Part shown: positions 35,887-47,882 of the stretch, piece after piece
How positions within the stretch are numbered: position 1 is the stretch's first letter
How the letters are laid out: each line of letters opens with the position of its first letter
Assembly (NCBI GenBank): GCA_950097015.1
Contig: CATNEN010000030.1
Span: 310,001-374,000 of the forward strand
DNA: 64,000 bases
Reading direction: 5' to 3'
Source: Macrostomum hystrix
Lineage: Eukaryota > Animalia > Platyhelminthes
Made by a program: the position numbers and the translations under genes
The notes under the pieces: generated by a model
Told to the model about the DNA's origin: nothing
Databases searched by the model: none
The model's input: the letters and a program-made list of their open reading frames with translations, nothing else

Positions 35887-38800
35887 ATGGAAGCCCTGGA
35901 TCGCAACGAGTACGCCAGACGATTCCGCGAGTCGCAGCAACTGATTGTGACCGCATCACAGAATCGCTATCGGTACCTGCAGCAGATGGCATCCTGCATC
36001 GAGGACTGCCAGGCGGCTGTAGAGCGGGCCAAACGGCAGCAGCCGCAGGCGCAGTTCTCACGTGACACCGGAGAGCTGGTCAACGCGCGCGAAAAGTTAG
36101 TCCAACAGTTGACACTATCGCTGATCGTGTTTGGCAGGAGTAACACGGGCAAGTCCACCCTGCTGAACCAGATACTGCGACAATGGCCCGACGAGGCCAA
36201 CAGCTTGACATTGTTTCCAACTGCCGGCCACAATTGTTCGGCAAGAGTGGCCGTTGTCAAATACGGTCCGCTGCAAGAGATCAGAGTGAAGAGCATGGGT
36301 CCGGGTCCCGTAATGGAGCTAGAGAAACGCACCTTCCAGTGCAGTGAGAGCATCCGCGACTTCATGGACCTCGAGACAGGCCGTCGGGAATCGGAAGAAG
36401 AACTGCGAAAACAGGTGGAGATACAGTTGCCGCATCCGCTGCTACGAGCCCACCTTCAGGTGGTGGACAGTCCAGGCATGGGGGAGAATCAGTGCATGAA
36501 TAAGGTTGTACAAGACTTCCTGTGCGAGCTGAAGTCTGGAATCATAATCTACGTGGTTGATGGAAAGGAGGGCTACAAGCCGAATCCGGTAATTTTCAAA
36601 AATGTTTTTTTGGATTTACTACTTCAGATTTTGCATAGTTCAACTTCTTTGGTTACCTTCAGGACAGTGAAAATATAAAATTCCTGATGGAGCAGCCTGT
36701 TGCCGTGCAGCGCCTGATCGTGGCCAACAGGGTCGATTTTGACTTCTTCACTTGGTTTAAAGACCTGCCAGAAGACGACGCGTTGTGGGATATCGACGAT
36801 GATCCGATAGAAGAGGTGCTGATAGGTCTCTCGGAGACTATGAATTTTGACTATACTCAGCACTGTGAGAGGCACACTGCCACGCGACTAAGTTCCGTAC
36901 GACAGCAGGTGGAACAGCGTCATGCGGACTATCTCACGGACGGACGAAATGCGGAGGAGCTAGTCATTGGGGTTTCTGCCAAGTCAGTGAAGGACTTTAT
37001 CGCAAACCAGCTGCAGCTGAGCCACGCACCCTACCTGGACTCATTCATGCAGCTGGAGAGTCGTATTGCGGCGCTGGTGTACGACAACGGTCGTCATCAC
37101 CTATTGGATGCGGCAAGGGTCGCGCAGCAGCAGCTGATGCAGACTAAGACCCTGTCTATGAACTTCTACTGCGACCAGTCCGAGCGGAGCAACGAGATGA
37201 TGCGACTGTTAGAGAAGAGCATTAAAAGCATACACGAGATTTACAAGCACATCTGTATATCTCTGAATAGCGTAGTAGAATGCAACTCACTCGACCTAAG
37301 TAACGAGGGCAGTGCAATCAATCGCCTCAAGATGCGCTTCGTTCGAGAGGACATCACACCTGAGCAGCAAATTATCGATACATCGTTGATGATGCGCGAG
37401 ACAGAAGCGAATTTCGTTGAATCGCTCGTCAGAGCTTCGAGTGGAACCCGCGAGGCTAAGCTCGCGATACGATTGCTGTGCGACTTCAAAGACATGATTG
37501 TGAGCCAGCTGCGCACCATACTAATGTGGAACTACAAGATGATTTTCATGGTGGAAGCCAACAAGCCGCTGAGCAAGCTTGACGCAGAGTGCAAAAGACT
37601 GCTTGATAGCCTGAAGTCGCAGTCGACACAGATTAGCGGTGGCAGCCCGTGCGAGGATGTGATCATGCTGGTGCGTTCGCAGATGTTCTCACCGGATCCA
37701 TCAGTGTTTGACAATGTTTGCACAGCAATTCTGGCCGAGTCCATGCGTCAAGCTTTGGGAGCGGCTGTTCGTCGGGACGAATTTCGTCGCATCACCGACT
37801 CGCTGACTCCGCAATCTAACCGCTTAGAGGAGGACCGAAATAAAGTGCTCACCTACTTTATGGACAACGTGAACTTGCTGGAACGGATATCTGATGTCAT
37901 CATCGAATACAAGAGTCAGCTAAAGGATCAAATGCTGTTCGTTGATAATCTGCTCAGCGCACTTTTGCACAATCTTCGCGAACAGGGAACGCGAACTCAA
38001 GATGAGCTGAAGGTTATGCGGTCGCACAATGAAAAAATGTCTGCCATGTCGTTTTACATCGATGCTCTTATCACAGAGGCGAATTGGACAGCAGATTACG
38101 AAATTAGTAAGATAGATTTTCTTTACTTTTGTGAGTAATTGGAAGATCATGACTTCCAATGTCTATACTGAACGAAATTAAACTCCAATTCAATTTAAGG
38201 TCTGCAAGAATTCCAGAACCAGTGCACCAGCCAAGCCCAAAAATGGTCTCATCGTCGACTGCAGCGCCGACTACAACCAAGATTTTCCGGCCCCTGCCAG
38301 CAGCACGGACATGTGTTACCTTCCGAACTGATTTTGCATTATCGACTGATCAGGATGCAGCAAGATGATGCCAGGCGATTGGCATCGGATCTGGCGCAAG
38401 TCAAGTAAGTCAAGTATATGTAAAATACAGCAATTTTTAATTAAAGAAGTATCCTCTAGATAATTTGCGTCACCTGGTCTGGTTGTTTTGATATTTGAAT
38501 CTGAGGATCTGATTGAGTGACAGACTAGAATATTGGGATCTGGTTGAGTTACAGACAAGAATCTGAGGATCTGGTTGAGTGGTTGAGTCACAGACAAGAA
38601 TCTGAGGATCTGGTTGAATGGTTAAGTCACAGACAAGAATCTGAGGATCTGGTTGAGTGGTTAAGTCACAGACAAGAATCTGAGGATCTGGTTGAGTGGT
38701 TGAGTCACAGACAAGAATCTGAGGATCTGGTTGAGTGGTTGAGTCACAGACAAGAATCTGAGGATCTGGTTGAGTGGTTAAGTCACAGACAAGAATCTGA

Positions 38801-40121
38801 GGATCTGGTTGAATGGTTAAGTCACAGACAAGAATCTGAGGATCTGGTTGAATGGTTAAGTCACAGACAAGAATCTGAGGATCTGGTTGAGTGGTTAAGT
38901 CACAGACAAGAATCTGAGGATCTGGTTGAGTGGTTGAGTCACAGACAAGAATCTGAGGATCTGGTTGAGTGGTTGAGTCACAGACAAGAATCTGAGGATC
39001 TGGTTGAGTGGTTGAGTCACAGACAAGAATCTGAGGATCTGGTTGAGTGGTTAAGTCACAGACAAGAATCTGAGGATCTGGTTGAATGGTTAAGTCACAG
39101 ACAAGAATCTGAGGATCTGGTTGAATGGTTAAGTCACAGACAAGAATCTGAGGATCTGGTTGAGTGGTTAAGTCACAGACAAGAATCTGAGGATCTGGTT
39201 GAGTGGTTGAGTCACAGACAACAATCTGAGGATCTGGTTGAGTGGTTGAGTCACAGACAAGAATCTGAGGATCTGGTTGAGTGGTTGAGTCACAGACAAC
39301 AATCTGAGGATCTGGTTGAGTGGTTAAGTCACAGACAAGAATCTGAGGATCTGGTTGAGTGGTTGAGTCACAGACAACAATCTGAGGATCTGGTTGAGTG
39401 GTTGAGTCACAGACAACAATCTGAGGATCTGGTTGAGTGACAGACGAGATTTTCCAACGCAATCTTCAGAAGTCGTATAGCCGGGCCCGTCCGCTTGAGC
39501 TGGCTAAGCCTAGCCGAAACTTATCAAGGCCACATGGAGGAGCCCGACGCTCGACTGCTCATCGGTTTTGATGGTAACTTCGCCAGTCTGGCTTCGCTGC
39601 CGCCAAAGAGACTCACAAAAATTGCCCGGCTGGCGCTGCTGCGCCGCCTCGTTGAATGCTGGGCAGGAGTGACTGGACTCACCTACAAACCTAGCGACTA
39701 TCGGCCCACCTGCATCCTGCTGCGGCGCCGACGGCAGGATGAGTCAACTCCTAACGAAGAGAGGGGCTTGGATATCGACGGTCTTGTACTCTGTGAGGCC
39801 TTTCCGGATCCTACTCAGCTGGTTACGGCTGACGGCGAATCCGCCAGTTCATTGGTCGCATGCGCGGTGGCGCTATTTTTCCAAGAAAGCCGCGACAATG
39901 ACGATGATGCGATGACGGACCCAGCGGAAGATCCATACGGCTGGGAGGCAAGGCACGGCAGGGAGCTTCAGTTGTCCCATGGGAATCGAACCCGCTACTT
40001 GGCAGGCCTAAGACGCCGCCTAGCAGAAGCCGGATGGCCTGAAGGCGCCACCGGCGTCCTCTCACAATTCTCTCGAGCCTGCCTCGAAGCCTCGGACTTT
40101 GAAAGTGGCAGGCTACGATAA
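35887..40121 (+). CDS. Dynamin-like (Dynamin_N/BDLP-type) GTPase + helical region + degenerate kinase-like C-terminus (DSTYK-like architecture), 1000 aa
   Basis: Exons 35887-36588, 36663-38106, 38200-38404 and 39470-40121 join in phase (3003 nt). G1 GRSNTGKS (36133), G2 region PTAGHNCSAR, IQLPHPLL, G3 DSPG (36466), G4-like NRVD (36726). The last exons resemble kinase subdomains but lack HRD/DFG. Confidence 0.8.
38490..39445. repeat. 39-bp minisatellite (CTGAGGATCTGGTTGAGTGGTTGAGTCACAGACAAGAAT)x~24
   Basis: Seen directly; fills GTPase intron 3 and ends ~25 nt before acceptor 39469. Confidence 0.97.
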
Positions 40122-41521
40122 CCGATCGGCGGCTTCGCTGGAAAAGTCGATTCAAGACGCAAGGAACGCTCTGCTATCTGCCTCTGTCGCCTTGTCTGAA
40201 ATGAACTAGAGCTTCGGCCTGAAAGGTAAGCCGTGCAAGGAGGGCTACACACCGAATCCGGTAATTTTTCAAAATAGAATCATGAATAGAAATAGAATGG
40301 ACGCATTATCATCATGACTCCGTGATTGCCTAAGAGACAATATTCCGCAAAAAAATAAATCCAATAAAAACCAACAAACCTTCTAAGCTCTATTTGATTG
40401 CCTCTCCGCTTTTTTTGTTCTAGCCATGAATATGAAAAATGTTACGAGTATTTCGCCTAATTTTTAAGCTCGAATGTTCGTATATTAATTTATTTTATTT
40501 TAGAGTGCCAGCTATACGCTTATAACTCGAGACACTATTTCACGAAAATAACTTTTCGATGTGCAAAAATTAACTTCTGATTAAAATATATACAAAGCAT
40601 TTCGTTCATAGAGATTAAATAGACTAGAGAAAATACTCGTCGATTATTTGGATTTCTTTTTGTTAATTATGCTTCCGCGCCTATTCCCAATATTTTTCGA
40701 CTAAATGGACAGCAAACTAAATATTCAAAACATTTCTCGACGTACATCACTCACAAATTACTGTGTGACGGCCTCTGTGGTTTTTCGCAGAGGTCGATCC
40801 GCGTTCTAAACCAGTTTTCGGGCCAACCTTATCCTTAAATTTATCATAAAAAATCATAAAAATACCTATTTCACATTATCGCGAAAATCATACTGCGCAT
40901 GCTTCTAGATTGCAATTAAGTTTTCATTGAACGCAGTGGCAAGTTTCGCTCTTCTTAACAATGGACTTTAGCTGAACCCCTTCTGTGATTGGCTGTGCTC
41001 TGCTGTGCTCGGCGTCGTAAAATACTTTTCGCGACCCCTAATCCGAGTTTAATTGGCTGAACCCACTAACCAGCTTGTCAGCCCTATAGTGCAGAGGTCA
41101 AGATAGGACTGATTCAATCGTTGACGCTGCGCTGTCGGCGTTCACAGTAAATTAAGTCGCCGCTGTTCGGACAGCAAATGATGTTGCATTAGCGACTGTC
41201 TAGTCAACGATGAGGGTGACTCTGCAGTTCTAGAGATTTATTGTCACTTATTTTCTGTATTAGTCTATGGCACAGCAATACAAAAGTCCAGCCACTATTG
41301 TCAGACTTCATTTCCCTTTCCATAAATACTCGCATTATAAATACAACAAACCCAGCTTGATCAGGACATGCCATTCTCAGATATTTCTCGGTTTTACGCG
41401 TTTCTCGACTGCAGAGGCTGCAGCCATCCTATCCAAGTGAGTGGTTTTTAAGCGCAGCCTCCTAGCTAGCTTCAATGCTGAGCATTGCTGGCTAGTGCAG
41501 ACAACCAGAAGTGAATAAGAA

Positions 41522-41959
41522 ATGTTCGCCCCTCAAGGCAGCATTAGCTGCTGCCCAGTATTAATGCAGGCTGATCAGGAGGGCATGATCTGGAAGGACT
41601 GCATTGAACGATGGAAGCGCAGCCGCGAGAAATGGCGCCAGGAGACCGTTAAGCTTCAGCAGCAGTTGTGCGACATGACTCGAAGTGCCTACCACTGGCG
41701 TAAGCAGACCGCCACGACTCATAGCGAGCTGCATAAGATACAAAAGGCTCTGATTAGCTGGCGCACAGAGGCCACTAAATGCCGCGAGACATCGCGTCAA
41801 TGGAAATCGGAAACCATCCGCTGGCGAGAGCAGGCCCTTAAGTGGAAGAACCAATGCTCTGAGCTCATGGAGCGCAAGGACGATCAACAGATTGCTCTAC
41901 TTTGCCGAGCTAGGCAACGGTACTGCGCTGAGATGAGCTACAAATACGGCTGCAATTGA
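41522..41959 (+). CDS. Small coiled-coil protein with Trp at a fixed heptad position (may be a terminal exon)
   Basis: 145-aa ORF in non-repetitive DNA. All 8 Trp (24, 31, 38, 59, 80, 94, 101, 108) are congruent mod 7 and each is followed by K/R. AATAAA at ~42397. Confidence 0.65.
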   Translation: MFAPQGSISCCPVLMQADQEGMIWKDCIERWKRSREKWRQETVKLQQQLCDMTRSAYHWRKQTATTHSELHKIQKALISWRTEATKCRETSRQWKSETIRWREQALKWKNQCSELMERKDDQQIALLCRARQRYCAEMSYKYGCN

Positions 41960-42813
41960 CCGGTCACGGTTGAGTACATGCGCGCTAATAGATACATGTA
42001 GTGTTCTTGCATTGTGTGTCACCTTTATCACGAGAAAGACATGAAAGACCTTCCGAGCGTAAAGTCACACAGTGGCACAGTGAAGCTGATGTGGCAATCG
42101 CTTTGACCAACCTGTGGCAATAGTACAAGGCACGGTAGATTACCGCACCTGTTTATTTCGCGAACTTCTTCCATAGATCGAGAATTCAAGCGAGCAGCTT
42201 TGTTTTAAATATGTACATCTGTTATGCAATTATGTCGCAAATAACTCTACCTACAGAACTATCAGCGAAACTATAATATTTTCAATTGAAAATTTCATAG
42301 AAACAGAATCGCATACCAGAATTAATTCTTCAACTAATAAGTTCTCGAAAAGGCCCTGTAATGGTTTTTTTACCTGGGCCAATGCAAGCCATGCTTAATA
42401 AAAGTAGCGCGCTGAATGACGCACTTTCTACATTTCATTTGTAACTTTAACTAACTGTAAACTTTAACAACTTTTTAACAACTGCATGACAGACTACAAC
42501 ATGTTGCTGTCTGGTGCATAGCTCGTCTAAAGAGTAGTAAAATATACTGACCTACAGTGACCTACACTGAATTTATATAGAGTGAAACACGACTTGCATT
42601 TTGCAATTATAAGACCTTCTCGTTACGGTAAAATTATTTCTCGGAGGCAGATTTTTGTCACAAAACATAGCGGCTCAGGTTTGTATAAATTCGTATAAAT
42701 ACGCTTGTAAAAGTACAGTGCGTAGAAACACTTTGAAACTTCTCCAAACATCTGAAGCAAATAATAAGTTAAGCCCTGGAAAGTGCCTAAATAGAATAAT
42801 AACCTCCAGGTGC

Positions 42814-45800
42814 CTAGACGGCGAAGTTCATCATCTCCAACTCGGATTGGGGCTGTGGTACTTGCTGAGGCGGCGGCGGCACTGACTGCAGGAACAACTG
42901 CGGCGGCGGAGGCGGTCGTGGAAGCGCTCGGACTTTTTCCGGCTCTTGTGTCCCTTCGCTCATTGGTTCATCGTAGTCTGGCTCAGGTGACGCTCTGCCG
43001 CATGCTTTGCTCTTAGAGATGCAGTTGAGAAGCAGGACAACCAGGAGGCCAAGACAGACTCCGAGAAGACCCAGAAGACCCCAGAGGCCTTGCAGCTGAA
43101 TGGACGACCGAGTTGTGGTGCCAGTGGAGGGTGCGCCGAGAACTGTTGAGCTGTCAGGTGTCGCCACGCAGGTGAGACTGGTGCATGCGGCTTGGGTAGA
43201 GTCCCGGCTAGTGCACCAGCTGATAGCGGACCCGGCTCGTTCTTGGCTGACAATGGACTCGACCGAATCCGCGAATGAAGTGCTCACGCCGTTGTAGTTG
43301 CCTATCTGAATAGTATATTGCACTTTTATTTTGTATGCTCCGAAGTTTTAAAAAGCAAACGAGAAAACGAAATCAGAAATAACAAAATAGTAAAAATTTA
43401 GATTTTGCAAAACATCCATGCCAACCTTAACGTATTGAAATCCTTCCGCCGTTCGTTTGCGATACTGCCATACAGACACGGTCAGCCTGCCCATTCGGTT
43501 ATCGAATATTTTCTGGTAGGTCCAGGCTGTGCCTTCAAAATTACCAGCAAAGCGCTGTGGCTTACCGGCATTCTCAACGCCGTACATGATCAGATTGGCT
43601 CGACTGGCCTGGCCCAAGTTTTGAGCGTGGTAGAATGCCGGACACACTGGCTCACTGTTTTCAGTTGAACACATGTAGGCGACTGCTGTGAGTGTTCCGA
43701 GAACCAATGTTTCAGTGGCCTGAACCACTAGCGGCGTGCGAGACTCCAAGCTGCTGATGGCTCCCCGGCTGGCCAGAAGGGTATCTGTGCATGGCACACT
43801 ATAGAGCGGATTACGCACAAACGCGGTAGTCAGGTAGCACTGGTTGATGCTTTCAAAGTGGAGCCGATCCCACTGACTCAGCTGGCTGGCGTACAGCGGC
43901 ATTGCGGCAGCCCACTGCCTCTCGTAGGACAAGAACGCTGGCGAATCAGCTGCCTCAAACTGCATGGACAATGCACCAATTCCAACGTTGTTGCGACCCG
44001 TGTAGGCTGCTTCGGATGTGCCCACTGACTGCGTCGTCAAAAAGGTCACCTTGCCGATGTCCGTCTCCGCTTGGTCATAGCTGAGGAACGCCTGAAGGTT
44101 GCCCAGATCGGCCAGGAAGGGAACGAAGCGAGCCTTGGACTCACGCAGGCGAGACATCACAACTTGCTTGCACGAGCTGTCAAGAATTTTGCAGTCATAT
44201 AGGATTAGCTGACCAATGCAGAGCCCAGCATCAGATGCTCGTTGCAACAACTCGTTCTTCAGCGACGTTCCAAAGTCAGTGTTCACATAGACCGCAACGA
44301 TGTAGCTTACCTTTAAATATTTTAATGTATCGAGCATAACTTGAACGACAGTGCTCGTTGAAACACCAGTGCGCAAAACATTTGGATACTCAGCAACATT
44401 GCTCAGCTCTGCTGCCGTTGATCCATAGGTTATTAGAGGCAGGTTATACGTCTTGAGCAACTCGGCGGCCTGAGCAGTCTGTGAGCTGCCGTGCGCTCCA
44501 ACGAAGCCAACCACCTTGGTGAAGTTGAAGCCCGGCACGACCAGCCAGACTGCCGTCCAGCAGGCTGCCGAGTCGCCGCACGGTGCAGCTGGGTGAGTAG
44601 CAGGTGTCCAGCACAACGTAGCCCCAGCGCAGCCTCTTGGCGCGCCTGTCGTGAACTCTCTGAAGCAAGTCTCTCACTCCTATAAGGAACTGCTGATCGA
44701 CCTGCGATGTGTTGAAGCCCTTCGGCATTGGATTTCCCTGGCTGAGTGCGTCCACCATCTCGACAACGAACTTGAAAGCCATCGCGAACTCGTAGCCGCC
44801 AACATTTTGCGTCCTGAAAGTGCCATCGCTGCAGTTGAATGCGTCATTTCCAGCAAAGAAGACGGGCACCAGAGCGCCCAGGTAGATGTCGCCCTCCTTG
44901 AACTGAATGAACTGCTTATCCGACTCGCTCACACATTCTGGACAGCTGGCGGGGCACTCTGACGCGAAGCTGCTCGTCAGGGTCGGGAAGATGTCGGGGT
45001 TGCCGCTGGTCAGCTGGTAGAATTTGCTCACGCCAGTCGCATTGAACTCATACGTCTGCGCTGCCGTTCCCGCCTGCTTGAGGGCCAGCTCGCCGAGCTT
45101 CTCCAGCGAGTAGCTGGTCCCGCGCAGCTGGCTCTGGTAGATCTTCACGATGGGCTGCCAGAAGCCGCGGGAGGTGTGCTGCAGGCCCCTGTCCATGGAG
45201 TAGGTGGTGAAGCCGGCCCTGACAAAGGAGTTCAGCAATGTGAACTTTGTCCTCAGTGATGCCAGAGTGACCGTCTTCTGCCGCAGGCTTTGCACGTCGG
45301 CGAGCGAGCCGAGGCTCGGGACTCCGTCAGCAAGAAGCAGAGCGAGGCTGAGAGCTTGGAAGTCGCAGCGGAGGGCCAGCAAGTAGCAGAGGCTACTGGA
45401 ATCGGACCAGACGCACTGGCTGCTGGTCGACTGCTTGAGCCAGTTCAGCCGGCCGTGGGTGGCCTGCAGCTCGGAGAACCGGCCCATGGAAGCAGCATCG
45501 GCAGTGAGGTTGGCGAACAGCGTCCCCAGCTCATCAGTGGCGGGTTCCGGGTCCAGAATTCCCGGGAAGATGAAGACGGTGCCGAGGCCGAGGTTCTTTC
45601 GCCTGGTCGTGTCGGACATCCGGTGGAAGCTGCTGAAGGCGTCGCCAACCAGCACGAGCTGGTAGCGCTTCTCCGAGTCAGCGAAGGCGCTGTCGCCTCC
45701 TGACACGAGGTCCCACAGGCGCAGGAAAGCTGCGCCCGAGCCAGCGAAGACGATCGTGAAGCGGGGCAGCCGTTTGCTGGAGTACACAAGGTCCTTCAGC

Positions 45801-46914
45801 GCCCGGACAGCGTCCGTAGCGTTCTCGCTGTTGAAGCTCAGCAGCAGCGGGAAGCAGATCCTGCGGTCCGTGCGCCCCAGCGACAGCAGCTGCTGTGACA
45901 GGCGGGCTGAGCCCGGCTCCGCCTCCCACAGCAGGCCGACGTAGCTCCAGTTGCTCAGCAGCATGAAGCTGTACGTGGCCTATGGCAGTGAGGCGACCAG
46001 AATGATCAAGTTTAAAAGTTAAAAGTTTTTATTCTCTAAATAATAATGGTCAACCTCAACAATCTGGCACGATTCTCACATTGGCTATTTCACTGATGGC
46101 CGGCACTGCAGTGAGCTGTCCCGGCTGGTCCGTCCGGAGACCGCCTCGCGCAAACCGGCCAGACTCGGACATGTAGTCAGCAGAGGCGGGCAGGCGGCCG
46201 GCAACTGCTGGTTGAAAGGCGTACAATGTCCGCGGACTGTCCGAGCAGACGGGAGTAGGTGGTGGCTGCGTCTAACTCTTTGAATTTGCTCGGTGATAGG
46301 AACACTGAAGATGATAGTTTATTACGTATAATCGGTCAGCTTTCATCAGTCCTATTTTCTATGAAGGACTGCTCGCCGGGGTCATGTACTCACCGAATGT
46401 CTGGTTCGTCCGTGTCCTGATCTGGTTGATTATGTCAGACACCAGGCTACAAGTTTCCAGTTTTGCGCTGCCATTGTCTGTAAGAGTTTGGTAATGAGTG
46501 ATGTAATGCCATTTTCATTTACAAGTAGGTAGTGTAGAACTGAATCTAAATCAACCAATGTTTTCACCTCCAGTGGCCTGGAACAGCATGATGTCCAGCA
46601 CGGCCTCACTAAAGTGCAGACTCAAATCCGGATCTAGGCCTGATGTGCACACACCGGCAGACGATATGTTCAGATTGCTTGTGTGATGATACCACGACTC
46701 AGCGGCTGTCGAGTAGAAAAAAGGCATGGTTGAAAGTGAAAAGCTTAAAAGCTTTTTTATAGCAATAATCTTGCTTTTTTTAAAAGACAGACAGCTTTCA
46801 AGAATGAAATTTCTTACCATTTGACACAGAAATCAACAGTAGCAGCATCCAGCAGCATCCTATCCGACTTCTCGTAGGACCGCATCGGGAAGCGTAATCG
46901 TTGACACCTGCCAT
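42814..46914 (-). CDS. Secreted-type receptor: signal peptide + two mGluR/class C-type Venus flytrap domains + single TM + Pro-rich tail (~1195 aa; two +1 frameshifts in this sequence)
   Basis: Exons 46914-46818, 46705-46568, 46477-46394, 46304-46080, 45979-43426, 43305-42814 (3590 nt = 3n+2). Signal peptide MAGV...CCWMLLLLISVSNA. VFT2 motifs: EGDIYLGALVPV, GYEFAMAFKFVVEMVD, WGYVVLDTC, KVVGFVGAHGSS, LPLITYGSTAAELS..EYPNVLRT, YVK|IGNYNG. One TM: LWGLLGLLGVCLGLLVVLLLNCI, then stop after NFAV. Confidence 0.82.
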
Positions 46915-47882
46915 CAGGTGAGGACTCGGCTCAAACTGGCCCTTGAGCTGTAATACACTGTAGCACCTATGGCTAATACTGCTTTGTATTTACTGCTCAA
47001 AGTCGTAGCTCTCTTTAGAAAAACTGCCACGCAGGTAGGATTTTAGCATCCTTCTTTACCGCCAGTGCACATGCCTTATTAGAGTTTGACAGTGTGCATT
47101 TTTGTTTAAATCAGCCCCTAATGAGAGTACAGAACGCGTCCAGCCCACACTGTAAGCTGTTCATTCTCTCCTATGCCGTCCACTTACCACTCAGCGGGCT
47201 AGCAAGCAAACAATTAAAAGCTGTTTTCGGGCAGGAGCATTCGTGAGTACAAAAAGCGAGACCTATTTTTTTATTATCGCTCTCAACTTAGCCGGATGTT
47301 TTGCTACTACTGAGCCTATTGGAGCGAAGCACGCAAAACACGGGTGTCGATTGTTGTAAAACTACCATTTTCCTCTTCTGTAAAACATAAGCTTTCTTTT
47401 ATCTTGTCGTCAAAATGTACAATTGTAATATTACCATTAAAATAAATATATTATTTTGAATATTTATGTAGGTAAAGCCACACTCGTCAGATAGTATTTT
47501 ATTTTAAAAAAGACAAAAACTGTATGATAAGAAATTTTCTGTTTTTGCTTTACGTCACACGTCGAGGCATAAATTTGAATCATCAGTCTATATACATGGG
47601 AACCAACAGATTACTATAGTATGCTACTACAAGTAGTTAGACTAATAGGACTGCTGATGCAATGAGGCAGCATTGAGTTTTCAGTTGACGAGGTAAAAAC
47701 ACGATTGCAATAGGCGGTCAGTTATTGTTTTTGTTTACAAGCTAAAACATCGGACGAGTTGGAAGCTGTCTGTGGAAATTAATATCGAATATGATTTCTC
47801 GCGCTAAGCGAGTCTAGAAATTCATATATTCAAATACTAAAGTCCATCACAATTTACTGAATTTGTTTGACTCTAAACAGTA

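Noticed and set aside
11570-39445. Regularly spaced 30-63 bp repeats as CRISPR arrays
   Set aside because: Head-to-tail units with no unique spacers, no cas genes, eukaryotic spliced context.
38470-39462. 330-aa and 298-aa repeat ORFs
   Set aside because: The 39-bp array lies inside GTPase intron 3, which splices in phase around it.
42814-44616. Calling the VFT gene a conventional mGluR/CaSR or receptor guanylyl cyclase
   Set aside because: No nine-Cys domain, 7TM, kinase-homology or cyclase sequence between the last exon and the next gene; no symbol assigned.
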